Program-made: the position numbers and the translations under genes
From: Vulcanimicrobiota bacterium
GTDB taxonomy: Bacteria > Vulcanimicrobiota > Vulcanimicrobiia > Vulcanimicrobiales > Vulcanimicrobiaceae
Assembly (NCBI GenBank): GCA_963812155.1
Contig: CAWETW010000003.1
Location: 960,001-1,024,000, forward strand
Direction of reading: 5' to 3'
Length of the DNA stretch: 64,000 nt
In this document: positions 60,673-64,000 of the stretch, piece after piece
Numbering within the stretch: position 1 is the first letter of the stretch
How the letters are laid out: each line of letters opens with the position of its first letter
Notes under the pieces: model-generated
Databases searched by the model: none
Told to the model about the DNA's origin: nothing
What the model saw: the letters and a program-made list of their open reading frames with translations, nothing else

Positions 60673-61592
60673 ATGACGGGGGCGCCGTGGGAGGCGGAGT
60701 TTCGCGTCGAGATGCCGTTAGCGGGGCGGCTTATCGCCACGCAGTTCCCGGAATTGGCGGCGCTGCCGGTGCGCGCGTTCGGCGAAGGCTGGGACAACGT
60801 CGCCTACCTCGTCGGCGAACGGTCGTCTTCCGCTTTCCACGGCGCTCCGTATCCGCAGAGTTGATGGCGACGGAACTTCGCGTGCTGCCGGCGATCGCGC
60901 CGAAGCTGCCGCTGCCCGATTCCGGTGCCGCGCTTTACCGGCGAGCCGAGCGATGAGTATCGCATGGCCGTTTGCCGGCTACGAACTTATCCCCGGCGAG
61001 GCGCTGTCGCGGCTGCGTCTCCGGTGACGGCGCCGAGGCGAGCATCGCACGCGACGTCGGCAACTTTTTGCGCGCGCTTCACGCGATCGATTCGGATACC
61101 GTACCGAGGCTCGACAACGATCGCATCGGACGGCTCGATCACGCGCGCTGTATGCCGAAGGCGATGCAGCGCCTGCGAGAGCTCGAAGAAGCGGGCGCCG
61201 TCGAGGACGTCGACGCGGTTCGAGCGGGTTTTCGAGGAGACGGCGCCTCCGGAGCGGACGCCGGACGCCGCTCGTGCCGTGTGCACGGCGATCTCTACGG
61301 CCGCCACGTGCTCGTCGGCAGGCGAGTCGAGCGCACCAGCGGAGTGATCGATTGGGGCGACGTGCACCGCGGCCATCCGGCCGTCGATATGGCGGTCGCG
61401 TTCGAGTCGTTTCCGCCTTCGCGCGGGATGCGTTCGCGAGCGGCGTACGGGTATATCGGCGAGCGCACGTGGATGACGGCTCGTTATCGCGCCCTCTACC
61501 ATTCGGCGATGGTCGCGCATTACGGCTTCAAAGTCGGCGACGACGAAATGTTGCGCGCGGGGTTGACCGGATTATCGTCGGGTTTGGTGTAG
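60673..61592 (+). CDS. Aminoglycoside-phosphotransferase-like kinase; several indels as sequenced
   Basis: GEGWDN, VFRFPRR, FLRALH, VHGDLY..HVL, GVIDWGD...G.PAVD across frames. Confidence 0.8.
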
Positions 61593-61647
61593 CGGTGCGT
61601 CGCTCGCTGCAGGATGACATTCTTTCGCCGGGTCTAAGTCTCTACGC

Positions 61648-62967
61648 GTGAAGGCTCTTCGGTGGATTGCGGTGGCGCTGTTCGTCGCGGCCGCTGCGTC
61701 GTGCGTAACCAGGAACGCTTCCGGCCCGACCCTGCCGCAGCAGGGGAATCTCGCGAACGGCGTTCCGCGGAATGGCGCCACGCACGCGGCCGGGTTCGAG
61801 AGCGAGCAGCGTTGGGGACCGTTGAGCCGCAACGATTGGGAGCCGACCGTCGCTGCGGATCCGTCGTCGAGCTGGGTGTATCAAATGACGACGCCGCAAC
61901 GGCCCAACTACCTGCTGTTCCGAGCGTCGCCGGACGGCGGCGCAACCTGGAACCGGTCGCGCGAGGTCTGCCGCCGCGGCCTGAATCCGAACTGGCAGTA
62001 CGACCCGCAGGTTGCCGTGGCGCCCGACGGCACCGTCGACGTGGTTTGCCTCGACATGTTCAACCCCGGGGTCGTCTTCGCGCAGTCGCACGATCACGGT
62101 AAGACGTTCAGCGCTCCGGTGCGGCTCGACGGCGTTCGCTCCTACAGCGACAAGCCGACGCTGGTGGTTTCGCCTAACTCCAAAGACGTGTACGTCGCCT
62201 TCAACGACCGTTTCCGTCTTCTCGTCGCAGCCTCGCACGACGGCGGCGCGACGTGGCAAACCGCCGTGCGTGCGACGACGCGCAAGCTCTGGTACTACTC
62301 CCTTAGCGGCACCGTCACGCCCAACGGCTCGGTATGGTTTGCGGTGGACGGCGAGGCCGGGAAGAATCAAACCGGTGCCGGATACATCGCGGTCGTTACG
62401 TCGCCGGATGGTGGCGTGACGTGGCGCACAATCGAACTCGGGCGCACGCACGAAGGAGAGCCGTGCAAAACGAAATTCTGCTATCCGGATTTCTATACGG
62501 GCGAAGCCGCGGTCGCGTCGGATTCGAGCGGTGCGCTCGTGTTCGCGTACGCCGCGAACAAACTGCGGCAAGGCCCGAACTCGCTCTACGTTCGCCACTC
62601 GAACGACGGAACGCACTGGAGCGCTCCGGTGGCGATGGCGACGGCGGGTAACTCCACGAGTCCGGCGCTTGCGGCGGGTCCGTCGGCCGGCGATTTTCGG
62701 TTGGTATGGCAAGACAATCGCAACGGTGCGTACGCGTGGAACACGTGGTATTCCCGCAGCACCGACGGCGGCGCGAACTGGAGCGCCGACCAGCGTCTCT
62801 CAGATCGCGGCTCGGGAGCGAAATACAAAAATCGCAACGGCTACGATTGGCCGTTCGGCGACTACTTGGGTTTAGCGGTCGATTCGGCGGGGATTAATTA
62901 CGTCGTGTGGGGCGAGGGTTCGGGCGTGTACGTGCCGGGCGGCACGTGGTTCACCCGCGGCGAGTGA
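61648..62967 (+). CDS. Sialidase-like BNR/Asp-box lipoprotein
   Basis: AAS-C lipobox; repeated S.DGG.TW boxes; WEPTVA, YSDKP, FGDYLGL. Confidence 0.85.
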   Translation: MKALRWIAVALFVAAAASCVTRNASGPTLPQQGNLANGVPRNGATHAAGFESEQRWGPLSRNDWEPTVAADPSSSWVYQMTTPQRPNYLLFRASPDGGATWNRSREVCRRGLNPNWQYDPQVAVAPDGTVDVVCLDMFNPGVVFAQSHDHGKTFSAPVRLDGVRSYSDKPTLVVSPNSKDVYVAFNDRFRLLVAASHDGGATWQTAVRATTRKLWYYSLSGTVTPNGSVWFAVDGEAGKNQTGAGYIAVVTSPDGGVTWRTIELGRTHEGEPCKTKFCYPDFYTGEAAVASDSSGALVFAYAANKLRQGPNSLYVRHSNDGTHWSAPVAMATAGNSTSPALAAGPSAGDFRLVWQDNRNGAYAWNTWYSRSTDGGANWSADQRLSDRGSGAKYKNRNGYDWPFGDYLGLAVDSAGINYVVWGEGSGVYVPGGTWFTRGE

Positions 62968-62968
62968 G

Positions 62969-63331
62969 TCAGGGCGGTGTTGGAGTGGCTTCGACGATTT
63001 CCGGATGGAAGGCGGCCGCGCCCGCGCACAGCATGCGGCCGTGGAGCGTGAAGCCCGCTTCCTGATTGCCGAGGCCCGTCGTCGCATTTTGCGTAACGTT
63101 GACCGTCGCGCCCGGAGGCAGGGCGGCGCGATTGTACAGCAGATCGGTAAGACGAATCATCGAGCTTTCGGAATGGTCGTTGAGATTGTCGTTAAACCAC
63201 GTGCAGTTTTCGACGGGGCCCGGAAGGGCGGCATAAACGTAGACGACGGTCTCGGCCGGCGCCGGCGCGCGGCCGGCGAGTGCGAGTGCCAGCGTAACGG
63301 CAGCCATCGCAAACAACATGGAACGCTTCAT
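62969..63331 (-). CDS. Secreted hypothetical protein
   Basis: Signal peptide MKRSMLFAMAAVTLALALAG; TATATT-N7-ATG upstream. Confidence 0.7.
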   Translation of the reverse strand: MKRSMLFAMAAVTLALALAGRAPAPAETVVYVYAALPGPVENCTWFNDNLNDHSESSMIRLTDLLYNRAALPPGATVNVTQNATTGLGNQEAGFTLHGRMLCAGAAAFHPEIVEATPTPP

Positions 63332-63346
63332 AGCGAGGAATATACC

Positions 63347-64000
63347 CTACCAGCCGCCCGAAGCCCCGCCGCCGCCGAATCCTCCGCCGCCGGCGGAGAA
63401 TCCGCCGCTGAAGCCGCCGCCGCCGCCGCCGAACGACGACGACGAACCGCCGAGAAAACCGGCGCCGCCCCAGAACCACCAGCGGCGCATGTCGGCGCTC
63501 GCGCGTTTCGAGCCCTCGCGCATCACCAGATAGCCGTAGCGAAACATACCGACGATTTGCATGACGATCATGAACAGTACGAACGCGAAGAACAATCCGA
63601 AGACGACCATCAACACGACTGCCGCAGGGCCGCCGATCGTCGTGCCATGCTCCGCCGGCGCTGCGGGCGGCGGCGTCACGTTCTTGTAGGAGGGAGAGAT
63701 TGTCGTCAGCATAGCGGCTACGCCGCTCGAAACGGCATCGTCGGTATTGCCGCTGCGCATGCGCGGTACGATATCGTTGTCGATGATGCCGTGCGCCTGC
63801 GCGTCGGTCAGCGCGCCCTCCAACCCGTAGCCGACTTCGATGCGAACTTTGTGGTCGTCCATGAACAGAAAAAGGATCGCGCCGTCGTCGTGACCGCGGC
63901 GTCCGATTTTCCAGCGATCGGCGGTCTGCGTCGTCCACGTCTCCAGGGGGACGTCGCCGGTGGTCTTGCCGATCCACACGATCACTTGGTGTCCGGTCGC
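63347..64000 (-). CDS. TPM-domain (YgcG-like) membrane protein, 5' end outside the window
   Basis: WKIGR...DDGAILF...RIEVGYGLEG.LTD; TM; C-terminal GGFSAGGGGFGGGGASGGW. Confidence 0.92.
   Translation of the reverse strand, partial: ATGHQVIVWIGKTTGDVPLETWTTQTADRWKIGRRGHDDGAILFLFMDDHKVRIEVGYGLEGALTDAQAHGIIDNDIVPRMRSGNTDDAVSSGVAAMLTTISPSYKNVTPPPAAPAEHGTTIGGPAAVVLMVVFGLFFAFVLFMIVMQIVGMFRYGYLVMREGSKRASADMRRWWFWGGAGFLGGSSSSFGGGGGGFSGGFSAGGGGFGGGGASGGW

Noticed and set aside
60673..61592. APH-like gene as a true pseudogene or antibiotic-resistance gene
   Set aside because: The indel pattern matches the error tract, and APH-like kinase motifs alone do not establish resistance.
63347..63470. GCC-rich low-complexity repeat
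   Set aside because: Encodes the ordinary Gly-rich tail of TPM-domain proteins.

Overview
High-GC (visually about two-thirds G+C) bacterial chromosomal segment. Diderm markers (TonB-dependent receptor, AMIN-type amidase, alpha-2-macroglobulin/PbpC) occur together with Terrabacteria-like gene orders (topA-trmFO-hslV-hslU; def-fmt-rsmB-FHA-FHA-PP2C-rodA). This mix suggests Eremiobacterota/Vulcanimicrobiota, which is my inference and not a database result. Layout: 0-7 kb is a lower-GC surface-glycan and regulator block (NarL-type regulator, GT87 and GT39 membrane glycosyltransferases, Wza/SLBB export protein). It contains an unannotated ~50-aa exported-looking peptide with a duplicated DTPGGP motif directly upstream of a large helical-repeat/LuxR-HTH regulator, the best candidate here for an undescribed peptide-signalling system. 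7-19 kb is a methylated-amine-type catabolic cluster (two divergent Rieske oxygenase alpha subunits, SolA, PYROXD2-like oxidoreductase, TonB receptor, BNR protein). 19-39 kb is housekeeping, with an Arg/Lys-rich histone-like gene divergent from topA and a PP2C lacking its catalytic Asp residues. 39-52 kb holds secreted proteins, PbpC and an A2M without a thioester motif. 52-64 kb holds beta-oxidation genes, a HiPIP, Gdh, AlkB, an APH-like kinase, a sialidase-like protein and a TPM protein. A ~42-bp REP-like repeat occurs four times. Dense indels at ~23.8-31.8 kb and 60.8-61.5 kb look like assembly errors. I saw no rRNA, tRNA, CRISPR array or intact transposase.
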